From the NCBI GenBank assembly GCA_934725685.1, contig CAKVBX010000002.1:19581-83580 (forward strand): a stretch of DNA of 64,000 nucleotides, written 5' to 3'. Both the position numbers and the translations under genes were made by a program. The notes beneath the pieces are model-generated. The model saw nothing but the letters and a program-made list of their open reading frames with translations, was not told the origin of the DNA and searched no databases. This DNA comes from an uncultured Bacilli bacterium (GTDB taxonomy: Bacteria; Bacillota_I; Bacilli_A; RFN20; CAG-288). Shown here piece by piece: positions 26,697 to 36,042 of this stretch. Position 1 is the stretch's first letter. Each line of letters opens with the position of its first letter.

Positions 26697-27551
26697 TCAG
26701 AAACCGGGATAATAACCTTCTTTTACGTAACCGCAGAGAATCTCTTTTACTTCAGCAAGATCTTCTTTGTAGGTGATTCCGCACCAACGGTCCTTGTTGT
26801 GATAGACCTTGACCTTGGCGAGACCTTCTGCGATGGCGGAGAAAATGACATCTGCAATGACAAGTTCGTCTTTTTCTTTGTTGCAGTGAGCATAGAAGTT
26901 GCCGAACTCCTGTTCGAGATAAGGGAAGAAGTCCGGTGTCAGTCCCCAGAGATTCATCGAGACCGGCGTATTGAGAGGAAGGGTGAATGTTTTACCATCT
27001 TTTTGATACTGGCCCTGATGGTTGATTCCGAGTGTTTCGACAACTTCAGTCAGATATCCGTCATCGATTCTGCAGACACCACGGTTGACATCTCCGTTTT
27101 CGGATAGGGTTCTGTCAAGCTGATAGCTCACCATGCAGAAATCGCCTTTTTTGGCGGAGACCAGGTGATTATGGATTTCCTTGAAGGCGTGTCTTCCGTA
27201 ATAGTCATCCGCATTGATGATGGCAAAAGGGGTTTTGACGACATCCTTGCAGTTCAGAACCGCCTGTGCCGTTCCGAACGGTTTCTTTCTTCCCTCGGGC
27301 AGTAGGGACATGTCCTGAAGGACATATTCTGTCGGCATGATCTTCTCAATCCGTTCCCCGACCAAATGATGGAAGTCCTCTTCAATCTCTTTCCGGAGAA
27401 TGAAAACGACCCGGTCAAAACCGGCCTCCTTGGCATCGTGGATGGAAAAATCGAGAATACCACGTCCGCTTTCCGTAATCGGTGCTGCCTGCTTCAGGCC
27501 TCCAAAACGGCTGCCCATTCCGGCGGCCATGACGACGAGTGTTGTTTCCAT
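26697..27551 (-). CDS. Sugar-1-phosphate nucleotidyltransferase (NTP_transferase family)
   Basis: N-terminal signature LVVMAAGMGSRFGGLKQ. Adjacent to galE. Confidence 0.7.
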   Translation of the reverse strand: METTLVVMAAGMGSRFGGLKQAAPITESGRGILDFSIHDAKEAGFDRVVFILRKEIEEDFHHLVGERIEKIMPTEYVLQDMSLLPEGRKKPFGTAQAVLNCKDVVKTPFAIINADDYYGRHAFKEIHNHLVSAKKGDFCMVSYQLDRTLSENGDVNRGVCRIDDGYLTEVVETLGINHQGQYQKDGKTFTLPLNTPVSMNLWGLTPDFFPYLEQEFGNFYAHCNKEKDELVIADVIFSAIAEGLAKVKVYHNKDRWCGITYKEDLAEVKEILCGYVKEGYYPGF

Positions 27552-27683
27552 AGGCTATCTCCTGAGAAGTGAGTCTATTATATCCGCAAAAGAAACAGAT
27601 ATCTACCTTTTGTGAAATTGGAACGATTGGAAACATTGAATCCTACTCACATTTCCCGGTTTTGTTCAAGAAGACACCTCATG

Positions 27684-27709
27684 AGAAAAGCCGCCCTTTC
27701 AGGCGGCTC
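27684..27709 (-). terminator. Terminator after galE
   Basis: Minus strand AGCCGCC-TGAAAG-GGCGGCT followed by TTTCTC. Confidence 0.65.
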
Positions 27710-27713
27710 ATGG

Positions 27714-28724
27714 TTACTTATCGTATCCGTTCGGATTGTGGCTCTGCCAGTTCCACTGGTCGCGGCACATATCTTCGAGATCGTATTTGGCTTCCCAGTG
27801 GAGTTCCTTTTTGGCGAGATCTGCGCAGGCATAGCAGCTATCGACATCGCCGTCTCTTCTTCCGACGATTTCGTACGGAAGCTTCTTTCCACAGGCTTTT
27901 TCGAAGGCGTGGATCATATCGAGGACGGAGTATCCTTTTCCGGTTCCGAGATTGTAGATGTGGACACCGGGCTCAGTGCAGTACTTGAGGGCGGCGATAT
28001 GTCCTAAAGCGAGATCGACGACGTGGATGTAGTCACGGACTCCGGTGCCGTCGGGGGTATTGTAATCATCGCCGAAGACACGGATGCAGGAAAGTTTTCC
28101 GGTGGCGACCTGAGCGACATAAGGCATCAGGTTGTTCGGGATACCTTTCGGATCCTCACCAATCAGTCCGCTCGGATGGGCTCCGACAGGATTGAAGTAA
28201 CGTAAGAGCATGATGTTCCAGGTCGGATCGGAGACATAGAGATCCTGTAAGACGTGTTCAAGCATCAGCTTTGTGGCACCATAAGGATTGGTGACGGAGA
28301 GATGGCATTTTTCATCGAGCGGAAGACGTTCCGGTTTTCCGTAGACAGTTGCGGAAGAAGAGAAGATGAATGTTTTGACACCGGCTTCCTTGAGGCACTC
28401 GAGGAGTGTGATAGTTCCGCCGATATTGTTGTCGTAATACTCTAACGGAATATGGACGCTTTCGCCTACGGCCTTGAGACCGGCGAAATGGATGACGGCA
28501 TCAATCTTGTTTTCGCGTAAAATCATGCGGTCAGCTTCCTTGTCTCTCATGTCGACCTTGTAGAACTTGACCGTCTTTCCGGTGATTTTCTCGACTCTTC
28601 TCAGCGCTTCTTCATTTGCATTGCAGAGGTTATCCATTACGACAACGTCATAGCCCTGATTCAGAAGCTCGACGACCGTATGAGTTCCGATAAACCCTGC
28701 GCCACCCGTAACTAAGATTCTCAT
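27714..28724 (-). CDS. galE: UDP-glucose 4-epimerase
   Basis: MRILVTGGAGFIGTHT Rossmann motif, catalytic YGATKLMLE (YxxxK), LRYFNPVGAHPSGLIGEDP. Confidence 0.9.
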   Translation of the reverse strand: MRILVTGGAGFIGTHTVVELLNQGYDVVVMDNLCNANEEALRRVEKITGKTVKFYKVDMRDKEADRMILRENKIDAVIHFAGLKAVGESVHIPLEYYDNNIGGTITLLECLKEAGVKTFIFSSSATVYGKPERLPLDEKCHLSVTNPYGATKLMLEHVLQDLYVSDPTWNIMLLRYFNPVGAHPSGLIGEDPKGIPNNLMPYVAQVATGKLSCIRVFGDDYNTPDGTGVRDYIHVVDLALGHIAALKYCTEPGVHIYNLGTGKGYSVLDMIHAFEKACGKKLPYEIVGRRDGDVDSCYACADLAKKELHWEAKYDLEDMCRDQWNWQSHNPNGYDK

Positions 28725-28804
28725 AAATGACCTCCCAGGTTGGAGTCTATAGTATACACGAACACACTTGGAAAAATAGCTTTATTCTTAATGAAAATCC
28801 ACAC

Positions 28805-30265
28805 TCATGCTTCCTTTGTCTTCTGTTGTTCGTCAGATGCCCGGCTGTCGATTTCCCTAAATGTCTTTTTGGTGATGGATAGACAGACCGGAATATAGAT
28901 GAGGTCGACAAAGATCCAGCTGAGCGGATAACAGAAGTAGAGCCAGAAGATAGTGTGGAAATAGTCCACATAGAGGAAGAGGGTATAAAGGAAGACGATT
29001 CTGGTTCCCGTGCAACCGACCAAGGTGATGATGGCTGGGGCGACGGAGTGCTTCATGCCTCTCAGATATTGGGAGGAGATATCCATGAAACCGTCGAGGA
29101 TATAAGTGAAGACCATCATGAACATGCGTTCCCTTCCCGCGGCGAGGGCGTTGTCCTTGTCGATGCCTTTTCCGTCGGTGATGAAGACGGAAAGAATCGG
29201 ATTCGGAATGAGGAGGACCAAAAGGGAACAGATGGCCCAGCCGATTGCCATCCAGGCCAGGCTGTAGAAATAGATTTTCTTGATGTTCTCTTTCTTTCCG
29301 GCCCCGTAATTCTGACCGACGAAGGAGACACAGGCCAAAGCGAAGGCTTCAATGATGGCATAGACATAGCCTTCGACCTGAGCGCTTGCACTTGCACCCG
29401 AGAGGATTTCGTCCTCCGAAATGAGAACTCCGTGAATGGTGTAATTGTGGATGGTGTAGAGCGAGGACTGAATGAGAACGTTCGGAATGCAGAACCCGAG
29501 GCCCTGAAGTCCGGCCGGAATACCGATCTTCAGAATGTCCGCAATGCTTTTTTCATCCATTTTGAGATGGCGGAAATCGAGGCGGACATATCCTTTCTTA
29601 TTGAGGGTGAGCCAGAGAATGGTAAAGAGGGCAGAGAGAAATTCGGAGATGACTGTTGCCCAGGCGACGCCTTTCACATCCATTTTGCCATAGATGACAA
29701 AGAGGAGATCGAAAAGGACATTGATGACACCGGATATCGCCAGGAAATAGAAAGGACGGCGGGAGTCACCTAAGGCGCGGAGAACCTGGGAACCGAAATT
29801 GTAGATCTTCAGAAAAGGAAGACCGAGAAAGTAAATCTGAAGATAGTCTGTCGCCAAAGAGAGGATGTCTTCCGGTGTATTCATCATTTTCAGTAGCAGC
29901 GGAGAGAGGAAAAAGCCGATAATGCCGACCAGGATGCCGACGATGAGGGAGAGAATCATCGAAGAGGAGAGAATGGATTGTGCCCGATTCCGGTCATCGG
30001 CTCCTTTAGCATTTCCCATCGCAACGTTGGCGCCGACGGCCAAGGAGACGAACAGGGTGACGATGAGATTGATGAGTGGACTGTTGCTACCGACGGCGGA
30101 CATGGAGAGAGAACCTCCGCCGTAGTGGGATACAGTCCATAAGTCGACCGTGGAGTAGAGAAGCTGCAGGATGGTGGAAAAAGCCATCGGTAAAGCAAAA
30201 AGGGGAATTTTCCAGAACAGATTTCCATTTGTCAGGTCCATTTCCCGGTGTTGGTGATTGATCAT
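28805..30265 (-). CDS. MATE-family efflux transporter
   Basis: 12-TM layout with the typical MATE N-terminus LTNGNLFWKIPLFALPMAFSTILQLLYSTVD. Start may be Met at 30241. Confidence 0.8.
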   Translation of the reverse strand: MINHQHREMDLTNGNLFWKIPLFALPMAFSTILQLLYSTVDLWTVSHYGGGSLSMSAVGSNSPLINLIVTLFVSLAVGANVAMGNAKGADDRNRAQSILSSSMILSLIVGILVGIIGFFLSPLLLKMMNTPEDILSLATDYLQIYFLGLPFLKIYNFGSQVLRALGDSRRPFYFLAISGVINVLFDLLFVIYGKMDVKGVAWATVISEFLSALFTILWLTLNKKGYVRLDFRHLKMDEKSIADILKIGIPAGLQGLGFCIPNVLIQSSLYTIHNYTIHGVLISEDEILSGASASAQVEGYVYAIIEAFALACVSFVGQNYGAGKKENIKKIYFYSLAWMAIGWAICSLLVLLIPNPILSVFITDGKGIDKDNALAAGRERMFMMVFTYILDGFMDISSQYLRGMKHSVAPAIITLVGCTGTRIVFLYTLFLYVDYFHTIFWLYFCYPLSWIFVDLIYIPVCLSITKKTFREIDSRASDEQQKTKEA

Positions 30266-30426
30266 TTTGATACCTTCCGAAGAAACATTACTATTTTAGT
30301 GAGTCACGGCAAGATGACAAGAGGATGTATCCGCTTACCACAGAAAATGAAACACTGCCTCTTTTTCCGTTAAAGTAATATAATGTATTGGCTATTTCTT
30401 CTTTTTTAGATTGGAGACTGAATATT

Positions 30427-33036
30427 ATGAGAAAAATGACAAGTGATGAAATCCGTGATACGTGGTTGAATTTCTTCCGCGACCATGGACACTACATCGA
30501 GCCTTCGGCATCCTTGATTCCGAACAATGATCCGACCCTGCTCTGGATCAACGCCGGTGTCGCCGCCCTTAAAAAGTATTTTGACGGCACTCTGACTCCA
30601 AAGCATCGCCGTATCACCAACGCACAGAAATGCATCCGTACCAACGATATCGACAATGTCGGGCATACCGCAAGACATCATACCTTCTTTGAGATGATGG
30701 GCAACTTCTCCATTGGCGATTACTTCCGGAACGAAGTCATACCATGGGCTTATGAACTGCTCACTTCCGAGAAGTATTACGGACTCGATCCGCATAAACT
30801 CTATGTCACCTATTATCCGGATGACAAGGAAACCCATGATCTCTGGGTTAAGTGCGGCATTCCGGAAGAGAACATGGTTCCTTCCGTCAATAACTTCTGG
30901 GAAATCGGCGAAGGACCATGCGGACCGGATACGGAAATCAACTATGACCGCGGTGAGAAGTGGGATCCGGAACATCTCGGACTGAAACTTCTCAAGGATG
31001 ATCTTGACAATGACCGTTATATCGAACTCTGGAATATTGTCTTCTCTCAGTTCAATTCCATGCCTGGTGTTGCAAGAAAAGACTATAAGCAGCTTCCGCA
31101 GAAGAACATCGATACCGGTGCCGGTCTCGAACGTCTCGCCTGCATCATGCAGGATGCGGAAACCAACTTTGAGACTGACCTTTTTATGCCTTATATCAAA
31201 GCCTTGGAGTCGAAAGCATCTTTCCCTTATGAAGGAAAATATAAGCTTGCCTATCGTGTCATCGCCGATCATATCCGTTCCATTACATTCGCTCTTGCCG
31301 ATGGTGCCGTCTTCTCCAATGATGGCAGAGGCTATGTTTTGAAGAGATTGCTCCGCCGCGCTTCCCGTTATGCGCAGACTTTAGGTCTCCCTGCCGGTAC
31401 ACTCGCTTCTCTTGTCCCGCTCGTCACGGAGAATATGTCCCACTTCTATCCTTACCTGAAGGATCATCAAGAAAGAACGATGAAGATGATTTCCAGCGAA
31501 GAGAACAAGTTCAGCAACACTCTGAAGACTGGAGAACGTCTTCTTGCCCAGTATCTGAAGAAAGAGGGAGACACCCTCTCTGCCGAGGATGCCTTCCGTC
31601 TTGCCGACACCTACGGATTCCCGTTTGAACTCACCAAGGAAATCACGGAGGACTCTGGCAAGAAAGTCGATGTCGAAGGTTATGAAAAACTTCTTGAGGC
31701 CAGCAAAGAACTTGCCAGAAAGAGCCGTGGGGACAAGCAGTCTTTCGGTCTGCAGAGCAAGGATCTCATCGACTTCACGGAACCGAGTGAATTCACCTAT
31801 GAAGAAGGTGTCGATCCGACTTCCGAAGTCATCGGTACCTTTGTCGATGGCGCCAAGGTCGATGTCATTCAGGATGAGGGCGATGTCGCCTTCGCACTGA
31901 CCAACTTCTATGCACTTTCCGGTGGACAGGTTTCCGATACTGGCTTCCTCCACAATGAAAGCTGTGAAGCCGAAGTCACCGATGTCAAGTCCAGCAACCA
32001 TGGTCAGCACCTGCTTCATGTCAAGGTTCTTTACGGCGAAATCCGTGTCGGTGATACCTTCTTGGAAAAGGTCGACTGGGAGAGAAGAAACAGAATCCGC
32101 AAGAATCATTCTGCCACCCATCTGCTTCAGAGAGCCCTTCAGGAGAAAGTCTCCGCTGAGATTCATCAGGAAGGCGCCTATTATGATGACGAACTGCTCC
32201 GCTTCGACATCAACTATGATGCCAAGATGAATGACGATGATCTTAACAATGTCGAGAAGAGAGTCAACGAAGAAATCTTCGCTGCCCTTCCCGTCAGGAC
32301 CGAAGTCCTCTCCAAGGAGGAGGCCCTCAAGAAGAATGCCATGCATCTCTTCTCCGAAAAATACGGCGATAAGGTCCGTGTTGTCTCCATGGGCGATTAT
32401 TCCGTCGAATTCTGCGGTGGCACCCATGTTGCCAACACCTCTGAAATCGGTCTCTTCACTATCGTCAGCGAAGAGAGTGTCGCTGCCGGTATCCGCAGAA
32501 TCACTGCCTATACTGGAATGAAGGCCTACGAATTCCTCAAAGAAAAGCAATCTCTCATCAACGAGGCCGCAAGTCTCCTCAAGATCAATTCCGATAAGGG
32601 TGTCCGCAACAAAATTATCAGCAACAATGAACAGATTGCTACTCTCAACAATACCATCAAGGCACTCCGGGAACAGAATGCCAACAATCTCATGAACGAG
32701 CTCGAGTCCTCCATCGTCAGGATGGGAGACAAGGAGCTGCTCCTTGCCACGCTTCAGGATCTCACCCATGAACAGGAAGATACCCTCGCGCACAATCTCA
32801 CCGACAAGCATCCGTCCCTCGTCCTCTTCTTCGCCGTCGATAACGGTGCCAAGAAGGACCTCGTCGCCGGAAGAGGCAAGAATCTTGCCACTCTCAAGGC
32901 AGGCATGATCATGAAGGAAGCTGCTCAGCTTCTCAATGGCAGAGGCGGCGGAAGACCAGATGTCGCTTTCGGCGGAAGTGAAGACCTCTCCAAGATGGAT
33001 GCGGTCAAGGCTTATCTTGAGGGTCTCCTCAAGTGA
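30427..33036 (+). CDS. alaS: Alanine--tRNA ligase
   Basis: FFRDHGH, HHTFFEMMGNFSIGDYF, editing-domain HSATHLL and FCGGTHV, C-terminal DHHA1-like GGGRPD. GGAG RBS before ATG 30427. Confidence 0.95.
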   Translation: MRKMTSDEIRDTWLNFFRDHGHYIEPSASLIPNNDPTLLWINAGVAALKKYFDGTLTPKHRRITNAQKCIRTNDIDNVGHTARHHTFFEMMGNFSIGDYFRNEVIPWAYELLTSEKYYGLDPHKLYVTYYPDDKETHDLWVKCGIPEENMVPSVNNFWEIGEGPCGPDTEINYDRGEKWDPEHLGLKLLKDDLDNDRYIELWNIVFSQFNSMPGVARKDYKQLPQKNIDTGAGLERLACIMQDAETNFETDLFMPYIKALESKASFPYEGKYKLAYRVIADHIRSITFALADGAVFSNDGRGYVLKRLLRRASRYAQTLGLPAGTLASLVPLVTENMSHFYPYLKDHQERTMKMISSEENKFSNTLKTGERLLAQYLKKEGDTLSAEDAFRLADTYGFPFELTKEITEDSGKKVDVEGYEKLLEASKELARKSRGDKQSFGLQSKDLIDFTEPSEFTYEEGVDPTSEVIGTFVDGAKVDVIQDEGDVAFALTNFYALSGGQVSDTGFLHNESCEAEVTDVKSSNHGQHLLHVKVLYGEIRVGDTFLEKVDWERRNRIRKNHSATHLLQRALQEKVSAEIHQEGAYYDDELLRFDINYDAKMNDDDLNNVEKRVNEEIFAALPVRTEVLSKEEALKKNAMHLFSEKYGDKVRVVSMGDYSVEFCGGTHVANTSEIGLFTIVSEESVAAGIRRITAYTGMKAYEFLKEKQSLINEAASLLKINSDKGVRNKIISNNEQIATLNNTIKALREQNANNLMNELESSIVRMGDKELLLATLQDLTHEQEDTLAHNLTDKHPSLVLFFAVDNGAKKDLVAGRGKNLATLKAGMIMKEAAQLLNGRGGGRPDVAFGGSEDLSKMDAVKAYLEGLLK

Positions 33037-33479
33037 AGAAGAACCTTCTTGCGTTAGATCTCGGGAAAGGAAGTCTCGGTGTCGCCATTTCCCGGAGCGG
33101 CATGTTTATCACGCCGATCACCAATCTTCGGTTTCATGCGATGAAGTTCGAGGAACCCATCGCCTATCTGAAGGAACTGCTCACAGTGGAAAAAGTTGAG
33201 ACGTTTGTCTTAGGCCTTCCCCTCTTCCCGAGCGGCGATGACTGCGAGATGACCGGCATTGTCCGCGACTTCGCCAAGCTTCTCAAAGAAAACTTTCCAG
33301 AACAGGAAATTATCTTCCAGGATGAACGTTATTCTACGCTGGAAGCTTCGTCTGTCCTTCATAAACAAGGCCAGAACAGTAAGAAACAGCATAAGGGAAT
33401 CGATGCTGCCGCAAGCTGCGTTATTCTCGAGCGTTACCTCAAATCAATCCACCAGATGGATGAGTTGCCTATGTTTTAA
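33033..33479 (+). CDS. ruvX: YqgF/RuvX putative pre-16S rRNA nuclease
   Basis: LLALDLGKGSLGVAIS N-terminus, ERYSTLEA, conserved alaS-ruvX adjacency. Overlaps the alaS stop. Confidence 0.85.
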   Translation: MKKNLLALDLGKGSLGVAISRSGMFITPITNLRFHAMKFEEPIAYLKELLTVEKVETFVLGLPLFPSGDDCEMTGIVRDFAKLLKENFPEQEIIFQDERYSTLEASSVLHKQGQNSKKQHKGIDAAASCVILERYLKSIHQMDELPMF

Positions 33480-33483
33480 ATGA

Positions 33484-33510
33484 AAAAGTGGACCGAATGG
33501 TCCACTTTTT
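33484..33510. terminator. Bidirectional terminator
   Basis: AAAAGTGGACC-GAAT-GGTCCACTTTT between convergent ruvX and the inositol-monophosphatase-family gene. Confidence 0.85.
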
Positions 33511-33514
33511 ATAT

Positions 33515-34300
33515 TCAATAAGGAAGATAGGGGATATGTTTTGAAACAATCTCTGACAATTTCTTCAGATTTTCTTCATTGTTTGCTGCGAGTAATAGCT
33601 GCGGCTTGTCGTGGGTGACCTTTTTTTCGTGTAGGGTGCAGAGCTTTCCGCCGGCTTCCTTAAGGATTAGTTCGCCGCCCGCATAATCATAGGGATAGAC
33701 ACGGAAAGCGAAGTAGAGTTCTGCTTTTCCTAAGGCGAGATAGCAAAGCTCGAGTGCTGCACTTCCGAGTCTTCTTACATCGTTGATTTGTGGGAAGATT
33801 TCCTCCGTGAAGGCAAAACATGGTTTTGCAAATGTTTTGTCGTAGAGGGAAAATCCGGTATAGAGGAGACTGTGACGGAAATCCCGGTCGGATACGTGGA
33901 TTCTCTTTCCCTGATAATAGGCTCCTTTTCCTTTGATGGCATAGAACATTTCATCACGGAAGAGGTTGTAGACGGTAGAGAACATCAGACAGTTGTTCTT
34001 CAGGTACGCAACGGAGATGGCGCATTCTCCGATACCTCTGGAATAGTTCATCGTTCCGTCGATGGGATCGATGATGAAGAGGTCCTCGGCATCTTTCTTT
34101 TCGTTCATTCCTTCTTCTTCGCAGTAGAACTTGGCACCCGGAACAAGCTTAGAAAGACAAGCAATCAGCTCTTCCTGGATTTTGACATCGCTGTCTGTGA
34201 CGGCATTAGCTTCGCTTCCCTTTTCCTTGATGGAGGAGTAAGCGAGATGCGCTTTTCCGATTCTTCTGATTTCGTCGGTGATTTTCTGGTATTCGTTCAT
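33515..34300 (-). CDS. Inositol monophosphatase family protein (SuhB-like)
   Basis: Motifs FIIDPIDGTMNY and YPYDYAGGELILKEAGG. Start trimmed to Met 34300, 1 nt after the upstream stop. Confidence 0.8.
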   Translation of the reverse strand: MNEYQKITDEIRRIGKAHLAYSSIKEKGSEANAVTDSDVKIQEELIACLSKLVPGAKFYCEEEGMNEKKDAEDLFIIDPIDGTMNYSRGIGECAISVAYLKNNCLMFSTVYNLFRDEMFYAIKGKGAYYQGKRIHVSDRDFRHSLLYTGFSLYDKTFAKPCFAFTEEIFPQINDVRRLGSAALELCYLALGKAELYFAFRVYPYDYAGGELILKEAGGKLCTLHEKKVTHDKPQLLLAANNEENLKKLSEIVSKHIPYLPY

Positions 34301-34301
34301 T

Positions 34302-34934
34302 TTATGCCCGGATGAGCGCAAAGCCCATCATCCTTTCCTGTAGATACATCTCATATAAGGCAATCTCATCCATGTTGGCTTCTAAGACGGGGAGAAAAAA
34401 ACGGTTCTCTTTGACAATGTTGGCTTCGATGGCATCGAGAATCTTTCTGATGTCCTCTTCCTTCTTTGTTCCTTCCTTTAACAGTTTCCATGTGGTTTTC
34501 AAATCCATGAGGATGCAGTCTTCGTTTTCCTTGAATGCCTCCGTGTTCTCGATTCCGTATTGTTTGAGTAACGGGAAGACAAGCTTCTGCATCTTCTCGT
34601 AGTGTAAGGAGAGCGCCTGAATCCGTTCGAACGATGAGACGAGCATCCTTCTGGAGACTTCATCTTCCTGCATCAAGTCCATCCGGATAGTTTTCATCAA
34701 AGCACGGAAGGCTCCGTTCTCTTCCGCTAGAAGGACGAGCGGATTCTTTTCCTCAGAGAGTGGCGTGTAATTATTGTATTGTGTTTCTGGGACCTTGCTC
34801 TTGGAGGATAGAGACCAGGAATCCTCCTTCGGGAAGAGACGTTCGTATTCTTCCTTGACTTCCTTTTCGTCTTTTCCGGCCTTCAGTTCTGCCATCAAGC
34901 GTTCCAGGACAATCTCTTTTTCGGTTTTCTCCAT
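34302..34934 (-). CDS. DUF438/hemerythrin-like protein lacking most metal-ligand histidines
   Basis: N-terminal LMAELKAGKDEKEVKEEYERLF resembles DUF438. LHYEKMQKLVFPLLKQYGI resembles the hemerythrin-like HY.rKE..LFP.LE..G segment. Expected HP../EH/HD positions read NPL, EEN, NED. Confidence 0.4.
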   Translation of the reverse strand: MEKTEKEIVLERLMAELKAGKDEKEVKEEYERLFPKEDSWSLSSKSKVPETQYNNYTPLSEEKNPLVLLAEENGAFRALMKTIRMDLMQEDEVSRRMLVSSFERIQALSLHYEKMQKLVFPLLKQYGIENTEAFKENEDCILMDLKTTWKLLKEGTKKEEDIRKILDAIEANIVKENRFFLPVLEANMDEIALYEMYLQERMMGFALIRA

Positions 34935-34953
34935 TTAACACCTCCAAAAATTA

Positions 34954-34980
34954 ATTTACATTTATCTTACATTGTTTTAC
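34954..34980 (+). promoter_or_regulatory. Pho-box-like array (three TT[T/C]ACA direct repeats at 10-11-bp spacing) upstream of pstS
   Basis: TTTACA tttat CTTACA ttgt TTTACA, about 70 nt upstream of the pstS ATG, with a TAAAAG -10 candidate 16 nt downstream. Confidence 0.55.
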
Positions 34981-35049
34981 AGCCCTAAGGTAGAGCGTAA
35001 AAGACAAAACCTCTATCATTGTAGCGTACGAAAGAAAAGAGGTCAAAAA

Positions 35050-36042
35050 ATGAAAAACAAAACCTTACGAAAGATGCTGATGAGTGTCGTCTTTCTGAGC
35101 AGTCTGGTCGGCTGCGGAAAAGAATCCGCACCGGAGACTGACAAGCCGACGGAGGAAAAGAAGACCGAACAGGCCGCCTCCAAATTCGATGCGACAAAGA
35201 AAGTCATCTGCTACACCAGAGACAAAGAGTCCGGGACCAGAGACGGTTTCTTCACCAAAATCGGACTCGAGAAGAACAAGAGTTCCAATGAGGGACTTGT
35301 CGACGGCATTGTCGAAGCTACAAGCAACGGTAATATGATTCAGTGCATCAAGAACGATACCTATGGGCTTGGCTATATTTCCTTGGCATCACTAGAGAAC
35401 TCCGGTGTCAAAGGACTCTCCTACGATGGCGTCGAACCGAAGGAAGCCAACGTTCTCAACAACACCTACGAACTGACAAGAAACTTCAATTACGTCACAA
35501 GAAACGATTATGCTTCCGACAGCAAGGTCAAGCAAATCGTGGAAGCATTCGTCGCCTACTCCACGACTTTGGAAGGAAAGAGCATCATCAAACAGAACGA
35601 TGGAATTCTTTCCATCAGCAATACCGATAAACACTGGAAAGACATCAAGGCTTCCTATCCCATCGTGAACGAAAACAACGCCGGTATCACCGTCAAGTTC
35701 GGCGGTTCCACTTCCTGCGAGAAGATTGCCAAGGCGCTCACCGCTTCCTTCTCCCCTCTCTGCGGGAACTTCATCGCCCAGCACAATCATACCGGTTCCG
35801 GCGATGCCTATAAACATACCCAGGGTGCCAATAAGGATGATGCTAATGCCCTCGATGTCGGTTACCTTTCCCGTGAACTTTCTGCTTCGGAAACGGCCGC
35901 GGAAGGAACCTACGGGAAGATCTGTACCGATGCCATTGTTGCTGTCGCCAACAGCGAGAACCCATTGTCTTCCATTGATAAAGATACCCTGAAAGCAATT
36001 TATACCGGAGAGAAGACACTCTGGAATCAGATCATCGGATGA
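35050..36042 (+). CDS. pstS: Phosphate ABC transporter substrate-binding lipoprotein
   Basis: AGAGG RBS. Lipobox MKNKTLRKMLMSVVFLSSLVGC. PBP-like body (GSTSCEKIA..HTGSGDAY). First gene of the pst operon. Tracked start 34972 rejected. Confidence 0.85.
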   Translation: MKNKTLRKMLMSVVFLSSLVGCGKESAPETDKPTEEKKTEQAASKFDATKKVICYTRDKESGTRDGFFTKIGLEKNKSSNEGLVDGIVEATSNGNMIQCIKNDTYGLGYISLASLENSGVKGLSYDGVEPKEANVLNNTYELTRNFNYVTRNDYASDSKVKQIVEAFVAYSTTLEGKSIIKQNDGILSISNTDKHWKDIKASYPIVNENNAGITVKFGGSTSCEKIAKALTASFSPLCGNFIAQHNHTGSGDAYKHTQGANKDDANALDVGYLSRELSASETAAEGTYGKICTDAIVAVANSENPLSSIDKDTLKAIYTGEKTLWNQIIG

